A DNA stretch of 64,000 nucleotides from Candidatus Doudnabacteria bacterium RIFCSPHIGHO2_01_FULL_46_24 (GCA_001777575.1 MFEL01000010.1:84661-148660); one strand, 5' to 3'; positions 45,233-55,020 are shown, counted from the first letter of the stretch. Made by a program: numbers and translations. The notes: generated by a model from the letters alone, not told the origin.

Positions 45233-47235
45233 AGTATTGGGCTCCCGGGGGCAATGACCTCAATCTCTGCTTGCGGCAGAATTTTAATGCTCGAAAACTT
45301 GTAGCCGCGGGAAACGAAAGCATTATAAGACAGCGGCCGACGCGTACCGTTTTCAATCACCGAAACTTCAGCAGATGCGGCTGATTTGACCAAAGTACCC
45401 TCCAACGGCGGCAGCCAGTATGAATCGCCGGGTGCCGGAATATGTAAAAATTCATCCTGAGTCACGGAGATGACTTTGGCGAACGAAAGTTGGCGCTGGG
45501 TAAAGATAAAATAAGTCACCGCTCGTCTCACTCCTTGGTTCATAACATATACCGTAGGATCGCCCTTAATCAACACCATGGTGCCATCATAAGGGGCAGC
45601 CCACTCGCCGGTTAGGACATCCGCCACTTCAGAGCTGGAAAGCGTATAGACATTGGCAAAACTGTAGCCGCGGGTTATAAACACCAAATAAGTCAACGGC
45701 CGCTTGAATTCCTGTTCAATGACATACACCGTCGGGTCAGTCTCATTTTTTATCAACGTGCCCTCAAGCGGCGGCAGAGCGGGACCGGCTGGGAAGGCAG
45801 CGAGCTGATTTGAGACCTCATTGGTTATTGAAGTCTCGCTAAAGCCGCGCTGATTGAAGACAAAGCTCGAGATGAAACGTTTGGTGGAACCCGAGATGAG
45901 ATAAATCCTCCCCGTGACGGATTCACGAATAAGCGAGCCCTCGCTTGCCGGCAGGGGTGATAGCGCTTTCAGCGCATTGATTCTCCCTTTCCCCAAAAAA
46001 CCGTTGCAGGAAGAGCCAAGGCAGTTGTCTTGGTTTACGGCATCAATATTATCGGTAGAGCGAAGCAAAACGTTACGCAGTTCGACATTGCTTAAATTGG
46101 GGCTTGCGGATTTGACCAGCGCCGCCATTGCCGAAACTATGGGGGTGGCCAGTGAGGTGCCTGAGCCATAAATTAAGACATTGTTGGCGGGATCCGAAGG
46201 CAGATAGGCGGTGGTTAAAATCTTTTTGCCGGGAGCTGAAACATCCACGCAATTGATGCCAAAGTTGGAAAAGTTAGCCTTGCGATCGGAAACATCAGTG
46301 GCGGCAACTCCCAAAACCATGTTTGAGCCGAGATCCGAACAAATGGGGTAAACCGGCTTGGTGTCCAAATTGCTGCCTTGATCAGCTAAATCATTGCCGG
46401 CCGCGGACACGATCAAAACACCCCGATTAAAGGCATAGGAAATCGCATTGTTCAAAGCCGCGTCAGCGCCAAATCCGGGACCCCCGAGGCTTAAATTGAT
46501 AATCTGAGCACCATGGTCTGAGGCCCAAACAATCCCGGCGGCGACCGCGGCGACGGTGCCTGTACCGTCGGCATGCAAAGCTTTGATCGGCATAATTTTC
46601 ACACTTTGGTTTACCCCGGCGATGCCTCGGCCGTTGTTGGGAATAGCGCCGATCACTCCGGCAACCGCCGTGCCGTGGCCGTTATCATCAGAGTTGGAAT
46701 TCGCCGGGATGGTTTCATTTTTTATTGTGTCGTAGCCTTCGATAATGCGGCCATCATTAAGTTCGATGTGCGAAGCATGAATGCCGGTATCTATAACCGC
46801 AATTGTGACATTGGAACTGCCCCGCGACAACTCCCAAGCCTCAGGAATTTTTACCCTCGCCAAATACCATTGCTTTTCATCCTGAGTCGAATCAACCGTG
46901 AAATAAGGATCGTTGGTGATGATGGTCGCGGCTGCAAGTTGACGATTGGGTTGGACATACTCAAAAACATTATCCGATTGCATCGCTTTGACTAGATAAC
47001 GGCTGATCCTCCCGCTGTAAACGGTTTGCAAGCCATTGTGAGCCTCATACACAAGCTGGTGGCTCTGAAACGGGTACTTCGCCAAAACCGTCTGGCTATT
47101 CCCTGGGTCCTTGAGTCCAAAAACAATATCGACTCGCTGTTCGTTAAAAAATACGAATACGGCACCAAATAAAAAAATCGGCAGAATAAGCGCTGCAAAA
47201 ATTTTCCAGTTCAATTTGTGAAGTGTAAAAGTCAA
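45229..47235 (-). CDS. Subtilisin-like serine protease (peptidase S8) with the same C-terminal tandem repeats
   Basis: Catalytic triad motifs VAVIDTGI (Asp), HGTAVAGVIGA (His), GTSLATPIVSAMAAL (Ser). N-terminal TM/signal. Four C-terminal repeats, e.g. YVIEQEFKRPLTYLVFITRGYSFANVYTLSSSEVADVLTG. Confidence 0.8.
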   Translation of the reverse strand: MTFTLHKLNWKIFAALILPIFLFGAVFVFFNEQRVDIVFGLKDPGNSQTVLAKYPFQSHQLVYEAHNGLQTVYSGRISRYLVKAMQSDNVFEYVQPNRQLAAATIITNDPYFTVDSTQDEKQWYLARVKIPEAWELSRGSSNVTIAVIDTGIHASHIELNDGRIIEGYDTIKNETIPANSNSDDNGHGTAVAGVIGAIPNNGRGIAGVNQSVKIMPIKALHADGTGTVAAVAAGIVWASDHGAQIINLSLGGPGFGADAALNNAISYAFNRGVLIVSAAGNDLADQGSNLDTKPVYPICSDLGSNMVLGVAATDVSDRKANFSNFGINCVDVSAPGKKILTTAYLPSDPANNVLIYGSGTSLATPIVSAMAALVKSASPNLSNVELRNVLLRSTDNIDAVNQDNCLGSSCNGFLGKGRINALKALSPLPASEGSLIRESVTGRIYLISGSTKRFISSFVFNQRGFSETSITNEVSNQLAAFPAGPALPPLEGTLIKNETDPTVYVIEQEFKRPLTYLVFITRGYSFANVYTLSSSEVADVLTGEWAAPYDGTMVLIKGDPTVYVMNQGVRRAVTYFIFTQRQLSFAKVISVTQDEFLHIPAPGDSYWLPPLEGTLVKSAASAEVSVIENGTRRPLSYNAFVSRGYKFSSIKILPQAEIEVIAPGSPIL

Positions 47236-47237
47236 TT

Positions 47238-47969
47238 CTATTGATGGTTATATGGGGCGTACTTCCCAGTCAAGGCTCTCCACTTAATAATAAACAAATC
47301 GCGCAGAGATTCCAAAAAGGCGGTTGGAGGGACAGTGCTTTCCCCGGGATCGTTGCGGATAATGGGCACGGCTTTTATTCTATAACTGAATTTCAAGGCA
47401 ATTGCAAGCAATTCCATGTCAAACGCCCAACCGTGGATAGTCAGATTTCGAAAGATCTGCCTCGCGGCTCCAGCGCGAAAAGCTTTGAACCCAGCCTGCG
47501 TATCGTGAATATGGGTAACCAGCACGATCTGAATCAAATAATTGCTGAGTCGAGAGAGTATGGTTCTAAACCAAGGCTGGTGCGAATGGTGGACGGGATC
47601 CAAATAACGATCGCCTATCACGACTTCCACCCCGGATTCCAAATACGGCCAAAACTTTTCGATTTCGGAAATCGGCGTGGCATCGTCGGCATCCATAAAC
47701 ATTATATACTGACCCGTAGCTTCCGAAACGCCACGCTGGACAGCCGCTCCCTTGCCCTTGCTCCATTCCTCCAGAATCCTTGCGTTCTGGACAGACGAGC
47801 TTTCCATTTCCTTTACAACCCTGGCAGTATGATCGCGGCTGTTGTTGTCCACGACAATGATTTCGTAACCGTAATTTTGTTTCTCGAGATATTGATCCAC
47901 ATCCTCCAGCGTTTTTCTAATCCGTTTCTCTTCGTTGAAGGCTGGGATGATTACTGAGAGTTTTATCAT
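47238..47969 (-). CDS. Glycosyltransferase family 2 (polyprenol-phosphate sugar synthase, DPM1/GtrB-like)
   Basis: MIKLSVIIPAFNEEKRIRKTLEDV...IIVVDNNSRDHT...FMDADD, from the internal start. Confidence 0.75.
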   Translation of the reverse strand: MIKLSVIIPAFNEEKRIRKTLEDVDQYLEKQNYGYEIIVVDNNSRDHTARVVKEMESSSVQNARILEEWSKGKGAAVQRGVSEATGQYIMFMDADDATPISEIEKFWPYLESGVEVVIGDRYLDPVHHSHQPWFRTILSRLSNYLIQIVLVTHIHDTQAGFKAFRAGAARQIFRNLTIHGWAFDMELLAIALKFSYRIKAVPIIRNDPGESTVPPTAFLESLRDLFIIKWRALTGKYAPYNHQ

Positions 47970-48960
47970 ATCCAATATTATAACACACTTTGTGCCAATT
48001 CCAGGCAGTCGAGACAATGGTATTCAAATCCGAATATTGGGCGGAAAAATTCAGATCTTGTTTGATTTTGGCCACATCCGCCATCAGTTGGGCTGGATCG
48101 CCAGGGCGCCGGTTACTATATTCGATCATGACCATTTTGCCCGTCACTTCCATGACCGCATCCACCATTTGCTTAACCGAATAGCCCACTCCAGTCCCGA
48201 CGTTGTAGGTAAAACAGCCGGAATCTTCATCCAGTTTTTTCAGGGCCAAAACGTGGGCTGCGGCCAAATCGACGACGTGAATGTAATCGCGGACTGCGGT
48301 TCCGTCCGGCGTGTTATAATCGCTGCCGTATATTTTAAGCATCTCGTCCTGCCTCGCGGCGACACGCAAAATCTTCGGAATCAAGTGGGTAACAAATGGC
48401 CGCTTCTCGCCCAAGGTGCCGTCTAAACTTGCACCGCAGGCATTGAAATAGCGCAGGCTGACTGAGGAAAGTTCGTGGGCGGATCCATACCAGCCTAAAA
48501 TTTTCTCAAACATGAGCTTGGTCTCGCCGTAGGGGTTGGTCGGCCTCAAGATGGAAGTTTCTGAAATAGGCAGCCGCTCTGGCTCGCCGTAAACAGCCGC
48601 GGAAGAGGAAAAAATAATTTTCTTGACCCCATGCCTGACCATGACATTCAAAAGGTTAAGCCCGTTGACCACGTTGTTTTGGAAATATTTTTCCGGATAC
48701 AACACTGACTCCTCCACGATGATGGAGCCGGCAAAGTGGACGACTGCGCCAATGTTGTGTTGGGCGAAGATCTTGTCCAAAAGAACCGCGTCGGCTAAAT
48801 CGCCGACAATAAGCTGGCAATTGACCGAATCAGCCGAGCCTGTCGACAGATTGTCCAACACCAAAACATCGAAACCTGCCTTCTGCAGTTCTCTGACGGT
48901 CTGCGAGCCGATGTAGCCGGCGCCCCCGGTCACCAAAATTTTCTTCTTGCCTAAACCCAT
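47917..48960 (-). CDS. galE: UDP-glucose 4-epimerase
   Basis: ILVTGGAGYIGSQTV Rossmann motif and the YxxxK SDR motif (YGETK). Confidence 0.85.
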   Translation of the reverse strand: MGLGKKKILVTGGAGYIGSQTVRELQKAGFDVLVLDNLSTGSADSVNCQLIVGDLADAVLLDKIFAQHNIGAVVHFAGSIIVEESVLYPEKYFQNNVVNGLNLLNVMVRHGVKKIIFSSSAAVYGEPERLPISETSILRPTNPYGETKLMFEKILGWYGSAHELSSVSLRYFNACGASLDGTLGEKRPFVTHLIPKILRVAARQDEMLKIYGSDYNTPDGTAVRDYIHVVDLAAAHVLALKKLDEDSGCFTYNVGTGVGYSVKQMVDAVMEVTGKMVMIEYSNRRPGDPAQLMADVAKIKQDLNFSAQYSDLNTIVSTAWNWHKVCYNIGYDKTLSNHPSLQRRETD

Positions 48961-49120
48961 AAGACCAGTAATAAATGAAAAAACCGAATCGCTTTCGGTT
49001 TTTGTTTGGGTTTGTGTTATTTCAATTTAAGAATAAAAAATAAAAACCAGCTTGGCAAATCAGCCGTTTTAAGCTCATTTACCAAGCTGGGTCTGTTTTA
49101 TCCCCATGACGCGGCCTATA

Positions 49121-49744
49121 TTATATTATGCTTCGTTTGAAACGGTAGATGGAAACAGAAAGTGTTATGCCTAAGGCTAGAATGAAGCTTAGCCAGCCAG
49201 ACGGGCCGCTTTGCGGGGCGTATGCCCCTGCCACATTGCCTGGAGTTTCCCCGGGACTGCCGCCAGCGCTTGATGGCGAAGGGGTTGGCGTCAAAGCCTG
49301 CGCTCTGGCCACTGCCACGCTAGTTTCATTCCCGAACCTCAACTTCATTACCAAATCAGAAGAAGCAGGCAAGTCGTTTTTGACCCTCACCGTGATTTTC
49401 TTCTGGATGGACCCGTTAGCCGGCACGTCCAGCGGCGTCCAAACCAGCGAGCCGGTAGCCGAGTTATAATTAGCCCCTTGGGCATCCACAAGCGTGGATA
49501 ATTCCTGCAAGTCCATAATGCTGGCCTCCACGATATATCCGGCCAGAATCTCTTTGCCAGGATTCTCCACTGTGAGAGCGTAAACCACACTCTCGCCGGG
49601 CTGGACCAAAGCAGCCGAAGGAGAGACGGAAGTCATAGCCTGCGGAAGAGATTTGCTCTTTTGCCGTTGGAGGAAATAAACACCGCCTAGAATCAAGAGC
49701 AAAACCACCAAACCGGCAACGGTTTTCGCAATGTTATTGGGCAT
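49121..49744 (-). CDS. Small DUF11-type surface protein with an N-terminal TM and a C-terminal sorting-signal-like YAPQSG + TM + basic tail
   Basis: ...NVAGAYAPQSGPSGWLSFILALGITLSVSIYRFKRSII at the C-terminus. Confidence 0.5.
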   Translation of the reverse strand: MPNNIAKTVAGLVVLLLILGGVYFLQRQKSKSLPQAMTSVSPSAALVQPGESVVYALTVENPGKEILAGYIVEASIMDLQELSTLVDAQGANYNSATGSLVWTPLDVPANGSIQKKITVRVKNDLPASSDLVMKLRFGNETSVAVARAQALTPTPSPSSAGGSPGETPGNVAGAYAPQSGPSGWLSFILALGITLSVSIYRFKRSII

Positions 49745-52700
49745 GATTTCGAAGCTTAAATCTGAATTTCTCTTTTCTTAAGGCATATGATGCCACGGTC
49801 AGCGAGGCAAACAAGAGGCTTAGGGCCAAGGTCGCTCCGGTTTTGGGCGCTATGAATTCCCCGCCCACTCGGGGCACGCGCACATCTACGCGATTGCCGT
49901 AGAAGTTGGTCATGACGAAATCCGACGCGGACGGAAACGCGGACCGGACGCGGACTGTAAAGACTTTATCCACCTTACTGCCAGCGGGAACCGTTACTGC
50001 CGGCCAAGACAACTTGTACAAGCCAAGGTTGAAAGTGGCATCGCCAAAAGAGGTTAATTCCGCCAGCTCCAGGATGTCCCTAATGTCATCTTCCACCACG
50101 AAATTTGTAGCCGCTTGATTGCCGCGATTTTCCACCGAGAGAGTATAGACAATGATATCGCCGCTTTGGGCCGTAACAGTCGTCGCATCCACTCCCCTGG
50201 TCTGGTTAAACGCGCGTTTGCTTTGAAGCAAATCAATGTTGCCGCCCAAGACCCGCCCGATTACCGTTACACTCGCCGTGTCAGTCATGGACGTGGCATT
50301 GTCGGCAAACACGGTTGCGGCATTAATGTATGTGGTGTCAACAGACACATTCACAACGGTAACTTCAAAGGTGATATTTCGGCTCGCCCCAATGGCCATA
50401 TCACCCAGACGCAAATCGGTGTTGAATAAATCACCGCTGAAAGAAGTCGAGCCGTCCAGCCTGACAGAACCGCTGTTCAAGCTTAAGGCTGATGGCAAAG
50501 AATCAATCACCCGGACATTGCGGGCTGTTTCTGTGCCGTTGTTGGTCACGGTCATCCTAAACTCCACGCGCTCAGAAGCCCTGGCTGAAACCGAATCAAA
50601 GAATGAGGTGCCGGCGGTCAAGTTCCGAACTTGCTTGTTAAGCGATAGTGAAGCGAGATTGCCGCCCACTCCCTCGCGAGAGACAATGACAATGGCGTTA
50701 TCCGTCACTGATTGAGTGTTGGATGACGAGGCTGTCGCGGTGTTAACCCAGGAACTGGAGCCAACCGGGAAATTGGAAGCGGAAGCCGCGGTCGCAGAAA
50801 TCCTGATTGTCCGGCTGCCGCCGGCTGACATATTGCCCAAACTGAAGGTCAAAGAACCGGTTTGGGTCGTCCCGCTGTCAGGCGTGACGAAGTTGAGATT
50901 GAAGTTCTGAGGCAAGATGTCGGTCATCGTGACATTGTTGGCAGTTGAATTATTAGCGATGACTATGACACGGAATTCCACCTGCTCGCCAGGACGGGCT
51001 GAAATCGATTCAGTGAAAATGGTCTGGCCCTGCGTGGCGTTACGGACGGTTTTCTCAATGCCTAAGATCGGAGGAGGGGGAGGTGGCGGTGGAGGAGGTG
51101 GCGGTGGCGGTGGAGGCGGCGCAACGCCTCGGTTTACAACCACATGCGCGGTATCCGACACCGGACTTACCTCAACAGCCGCTGCTGTGGCCAGGTTAGT
51201 CCAGGTAGATGTGCCGATTGGGAAATTGGACTCAGAAGCGGCAACTGCAATTAGCCGGACGCTTTTGCTGCTTCCTGACGCCATATTCCCCAAATTGAAG
51301 GACAAGGCAGTGGGACCTGAAGTTACCCCTGTATCAAGCACGACAAAAGCCAAGCTGAAGTTGTTCGGTAGGACATCGTTCAAACCAACGCCATTGGCGG
51401 TCACTGACCCAACAGAGGATACCACAACCCTAAATTCTACTTGTTCGCCAGGCGCAGCAGCCACGGAGTCGATAAATCTGATCTGGCCTTGGGAAATGTT
51501 TCTGACGGTTTTTTGAATGCTCAGCGCAGGCAATCCGGGCGGCGGAGGGGGTGGAGGAGGAGGAGGAGGAGGCGCAGTTGTTCTGGTGACTACAACCTGG
51601 GCATTATCCGTAATGGAATTAACATTGGAGGCTGAGGCTGTGGCAACATTGACCCAGGTGGAAGAGCCGACTGGGAAGTTTGCTTCAGAAGCGGCAATCA
51701 CCCGTAAGAAGATGGTCTTGCTCGCTCCCCCGGGCATGTTGCCTAAATTAAATGAGGTCGGAGTGGGACCGGCAGTTACTCCTGAATCAAGCACCACGAA
51801 ATTGAGAGCAAAGTTGTTCGGCAAGGTATCGCTCAAAACCACGTTCTGAGCCGCAGCTGAGCCAGTGGATGTAACTGTGACCCGGAACTCCACGTGCTCT
51901 GCAGGCAACGCGGCCACGGAATCAATGAAAGTGGTTTGACCCTGCGACACGTTTCTCACGGTTTTTTCAATGCTCAAAGCCGGCACGCCAGGCGGCGGTG
52001 GAGGCGGCGGAGGGGGAATAAAAATATCATTATTGGTTGCCGTGCAGGTTTTATGGTCGCCCGCTGCCAAGTTGATTCTACCATTTGAGTCGCACTGCCC
52101 GCTCCAACCAATAAATTCATAACCGGAGCGGTTAGTTTCCGTGGCAAAGTAAATGCCCGGTGATAAAGTCACAGTCTGGCCGCTGCGCAACTCAAGCCCG
52201 CCGACGAACAGTGGAAAATCGGCAGGTTGGGCAGTGCCGCCGTTGTCATTGATGACTTGTTTGAACAAAGTGACTGAAGCTACTCCTGGCGGCGGAGGAG
52301 GTGGCGACGGCACCGGTGTTGGCGGCGGAGGAGGTGGCGGCGGCACAGGTGTTGGCGGCGGAGGTGGCGTTATCGGCGTGACAACCCTTAATTCAAAAGT
52401 CACGAACCGCAAAAATTCATAACAGCCGTTCATATCGCCCAAAGACGCCCCGCTCGAAACCACACTGTCGGAAAATCCGCCAAGCAAAACCGGGCCGCGG
52501 GCATACACTTGTGCCGAGCCGGGAATGTATTCCAGATAATCGCTGATTCCCATGCCCACGAACACGTCGCCGCCTTTCTGGCCGCTGGTGATGGTGGAGT
52601 GATTATTGGCCCAAGCAGAAGCGGCAAGTGTCGCAAATCCTCTGGAAGAAGGAATGTTCGCGGCAATCATGACATTACGCGCCACGTTTTCCGGAAAATC

Positions 52701-53990
52701 CAGATTGCCGTTATGGACATACAGTCTGACGCGGATAACATCGCCTGAGACAGCGGCAACATCACGCGTATAACCGGAGCCTCGCGTGAGATTTTTGGCT
52801 CTCAAAAGCGGGTAGTCGGTGCAGTCTGCCCCTGATTCGGAAATCGGCCAAATGTTTAGAAGCGGCTGCCCTCTGGGCGGGGTTGGGAAACAGCCTGATG
52901 GCGGAGGCGGGGTCGGGCCTGGCGGAGGCGGAGGAGGAGCTGGAGGTGTAACCAAGGGAATCAAAGACGCGTCAAGTTGGGTATTTGAATCAAGGGTAAT
53001 GTGATAATCGCGGCCATAATAATTCGGGTGGCGAAATTCAACGTTGAAGCCGCCATCATGGACATTGGAAAAATTGACCGTGCCGTTGCCGCCAGTAGTG
53101 CCGCGTGTGCCGTGGGAAGGGTTGCTGCGGTCATCAGCCACGAGCAGCACATCCACGCCTGATATCCGCAAGTCAAGCGACGGATCGCCTTCAAAGACTC
53201 TCACGAAAAGCGTGTGGCTTGAACCAGGAGGCGGCGGGGTCGGACCTGGAGGAGGAGGGACAGGTCCTGGCGGAGGTGTGGGGCCCGGAGGCGGAGTCAA
53301 AAAATTCAAAGACGCATCCAGTTGGGTATTGGAATCCAAAGTAATGTGATAATCCCTACCGTCATATCCGGTTTTCCTAATCTCAACATTGAAGCCGCCG
53401 GCATTGACATTGTCAAAATTAAAAGTACCGTCAGAACCGGTAGTCCCGCGCCATCCGTGCGATGGATTGCCGCGGTCATCAGCGACAAGCAGAATGTCGG
53501 CACCGCTTACCCGCCTGTTTAAAGACGGGTCGCCGTCAAAAACGCGGACAAACAAATCGTAAGTGGCATCTGAAGGAGACGGAGGAGGCGTTGGCCCAGG
53601 CGGCGACGCAATTACAAAAATCGAGGCGTCAAGCTGAGTATTGGAATCCAAAGTAATGTGATAATCCCTACCGTCATAGCCAGACTTCCGAACTTCAACG
53701 TTGTAACCGCCTTCATAAACGCCGCTGAAGTAATATGTGCCGTCTCCGCCCGAAGTTCCCCGGACTCCATGCGACGGGCTGTCGCGGTCATCGGCCACGA
53801 GTAAAATATCAGCGCCGGAAAGCCTCTGATCCAAGGACGGATCGCCCTCAAACACGCGCACAAACAAATCGTGCTGGTTGCCGGTTATAGCCGAGCTCGA
53901 CCCAACGAAAGAAACCACGGATGCCAAAACCAAAGCCGCGCCCATGATGCGCGCGATGTTTGATCTGGAAATGTTCTTGATATATTGCAT
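49734..53990 (-). CDS. Giant (about 1420 aa) proline-rich surface protein: three N-terminal beta-sandwich repeats, three DUF11 repeats separated by poly-Pro linkers, and a C-terminal IAPKTG sorting signal
   Basis: Likely start at MQYIKNISRSNIARIMGAALVLASVVSFVGSSSA (signal peptide). The track's extra 145 upstream codons overlap the neighbouring GC-rich gene. C-terminus is ...FIAPKTGATLALSLLFASLTVASYALRKEKFRFKLRNHAQ. Confidence 0.7.
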   Translation of the reverse strand: MQYIKNISRSNIARIMGAALVLASVVSFVGSSSAITGNQHDLFVRVFEGDPSLDQRLSGADILLVADDRDSPSHGVRGTSGGDGTYYFSGVYEGGYNVEVRKSGYDGRDYHITLDSNTQLDASIFVIASPPGPTPPPSPSDATYDLFVRVFDGDPSLNRRVSGADILLVADDRGNPSHGWRGTTGSDGTFNFDNVNAGGFNVEIRKTGYDGRDYHITLDSNTQLDASLNFLTPPPGPTPPPGPVPPPPGPTPPPPGSSHTLFVRVFEGDPSLDLRISGVDVLLVADDRSNPSHGTRGTTGGNGTVNFSNVHDGGFNVEFRHPNYYGRDYHITLDSNTQLDASLIPLVTPPAPPPPPPGPTPPPPSGCFPTPPRGQPLLNIWPISESGADCTDYPLLRAKNLTRGSGYTRDVAAVSGDVIRVRLYVHNGNLDFPENVARNVMIAANIPSSRGFATLAASAWANNHSTITSGQKGGDVFVGMGISDYLEYIPGSAQVYARGPVLLGGFSDSVVSSGASLGDMNGCYEFLRFVTFELRVVTPITPPPPPTPVPPPPPPPPTPVPSPPPPPPGVASVTLFKQVINDNGGTAQPADFPLFVGGLELRSGQTVTLSPGIYFATETNRSGYEFIGWSGQCDSNGRINLAAGDHKTCTATNNDIFIPPPPPPPPPGVPALSIEKTVRNVSQGQTTFIDSVAALPAEHVEFRVTVTSTGSAAAQNVVLSDTLPNNFALNFVVLDSGVTAGPTPTSFNLGNMPGGASKTIFLRVIAASEANFPVGSSTWVNVATASASNVNSITDNAQVVVTRTTAPPPPPPPPPPPPGLPALSIQKTVRNISQGQIRFIDSVAAAPGEQVEFRVVVSSVGSVTANGVGLNDVLPNNFSLAFVVLDTGVTSGPTALSFNLGNMASGSSKSVRLIAVAASESNFPIGTSTWTNLATAAAVEVSPVSDTAHVVVNRGVAPPPPPPPPPPPPPPPPPILGIEKTVRNATQGQTIFTESISARPGEQVEFRVIVIANNSTANNVTMTDILPQNFNLNFVTPDSGTTQTGSLTFSLGNMSAGGSRTIRISATAASASNFPVGSSSWVNTATASSSNTQSVTDNAIVIVSREGVGGNLASLSLNKQVRNLTAGTSFFDSVSARASERVEFRMTVTNNGTETARNVRVIDSLPSALSLNSGSVRLDGSTSFSGDLFNTDLRLGDMAIGASRNITFEVTVVNVSVDTTYINAATVFADNATSMTDTASVTVIGRVLGGNIDLLQSKRAFNQTRGVDATTVTAQSGDIIVYTLSVENRGNQAATNFVVEDDIRDILELAELTSFGDATFNLGLYKLSWPAVTVPAGSKVDKVFTVRVRSAFPSASDFVMTNFYGNRVDVRVPRVGGEFIAPKTGATLALSLLFASLTVASYALRKEKFRFKLRNHAQ
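52950..53900. repeat. Three tandem repeats of about 310 nt (roughly 90% nt identity between copies 2 and 3) inside the giant protein gene, plus several GGN/CCN runs encoding poly-Pro
   Basis: Near-identical stretches such as ccaaagtaatgtgataatccctaccgtcata at about 53335 and 53648. Poly-G/GGN runs at about 51061-51120, 51521-51575, 52281-52380 and 53225-53290. Confidence 0.7.
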
Positions 53991-54000
53991 AGTTTGGAAA

Positions 54001-54063
54001 AAAGAGTTGTGGTGACGAAATCCGCCGGCTGGCAGAAAGCTATCGCCACCACGATCCCTTGCG
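54001..54063 (-). terminator. Rho-independent terminator after the GC-rich secreted-protein gene (GGTGGCGA...TCGTCACC then CTCTTTTTTCC)
   Basis: Seen directly on the minus strand. Confidence 0.55.
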
Positions 54064-55020
54064 TTATGGCGACCCGCCCGGATTGGTGGGCCGACCATCT
54101 CCTCCTTTGATGGGCTCCCGGTTAATCCGCCTAAAACCTCGATCCTTATCCAGGAGCGCCCAGGCAACGCCGGCCCCAAGCGGCGGGACCCAGCAGCGCC
54201 AGGCATACTTGCCGCAGACACTGCCTCTGCGCTCGTTGACGTACGAGTCACGGATCCGGTACACCTCAGGTGCGCCTTCCGGGATCCGGACAACCAAGCG
54301 TTGCGTCTGGTCGCGGAAGCCCTTGACTTCTCCGAGTTCCCTGATGACAAGCGCGGATCCAGGCTCGACGCCGACGAAGGTGATCTTCGTGCCGTCGAAA
54401 TGGCCACGGATCTTGTCTCTTTCACTCGGCTGGCCGATGAAGGTAACTGAGCTCCACCCCTTGGGCGGATCCAGTTCCTTGTCGCCCTTGAGCCAGAGTT
54501 TGGGGATGAGCACGGTTACGAGCCTCTGAGGCTCAGGAGGCGGCGGTGGCACGAGCGGCGGAGGAACCACGATTGGCTCCTCTCGGATGACTACTGGCTC
54601 CGGCTTGACCGGAATGCTGACCGGCCGCGAATTGCCGCACTGCTTGCCGTTTGACGACCCATAATCGAACAGGTCGCGGCCTTGGGCGTCCTGCGCCACT
54701 TGGGTCCCTTTCGGCCGCAGCACCCAGCGATCCCCATTGCGAGTCCGCATCCAGGTACACTCGTCGTACTCTTGGGTGCGAACCGAAGCGACCTTGACGC
54801 GGCTGGTGTACCGCATCAAATGGACATCGAGCGGCTCGTAGTATTCCTGCGCCACGCATGCCTTGAGATCAGGCAGCGACGGCGGAAAACTGACGAGGCT
54901 CGACGGATAGCCGCGGTAACGGTCATCCGGCGCGATATCCGAAGACTGCGCTAGCGCGAGAACGGGCAGCAGTGCGAACAGCACTGCAGCCGCGACGATC
55001 AACCGTACATGCTGTCGCAT
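54064..55020 (-). CDS. Secreted hypothetical protein, markedly GC-rich relative to the flanking genes
   Basis: Signal peptide MRQHVRLIVAAAVLFALLPVLALAQS; Pro-rich linker PPPLVPPPPPEP. No family recognised. Confidence 0.45.
   Translation of the reverse strand: MRQHVRLIVAAAVLFALLPVLALAQSSDIAPDDRYRGYPSSLVSFPPSLPDLKACVAQEYYEPLDVHLMRYTSRVKVASVRTQEYDECTWMRTRNGDRWVLRPKGTQVAQDAQGRDLFDYGSSNGKQCGNSRPVSIPVKPEPVVIREEPIVVPPPLVPPPPPEPQRLVTVLIPKLWLKGDKELDPPKGWSSVTFIGQPSERDKIRGHFDGTKITFVGVEPGSALVIRELGEVKGFRDQTQRLVVRIPEGAPEVYRIRDSYVNERRGSVCGKYAWRCWVPPLGAGVAWALLDKDRGFRRINREPIKGGDGRPTNPGGSP

Noticed and set aside
47241-47957. 238-aa plus-strand ORF
   Set aside because: It is antisense to the GT2 (DPM1-like) gene, whose VIIPAFNEE...DNNSRD...DADD signature is clear; a shadow ORF.
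51061-53290. Long G-rich runs (ggaggaggtggcggtgg...) as possible G-quadruplex or CRISPR-like repeats
   Set aside because: They are the plus-strand complement of CCN codons encoding poly-proline linkers inside a minus-strand gene; no spacer/repeat periodicity of a CRISPR array.
53991-54425. N-terminal 145 codons of the giant surface-protein ORF as given in the track
   Set aside because: This stretch overlaps the 3' end of the GC-rich secreted-protein gene and its terminator. A signal-peptide start (MQYIKNISRSNIARIMGAALVLASVVSFVGSSSA) exists at 53990, so the extension is considered spurious.
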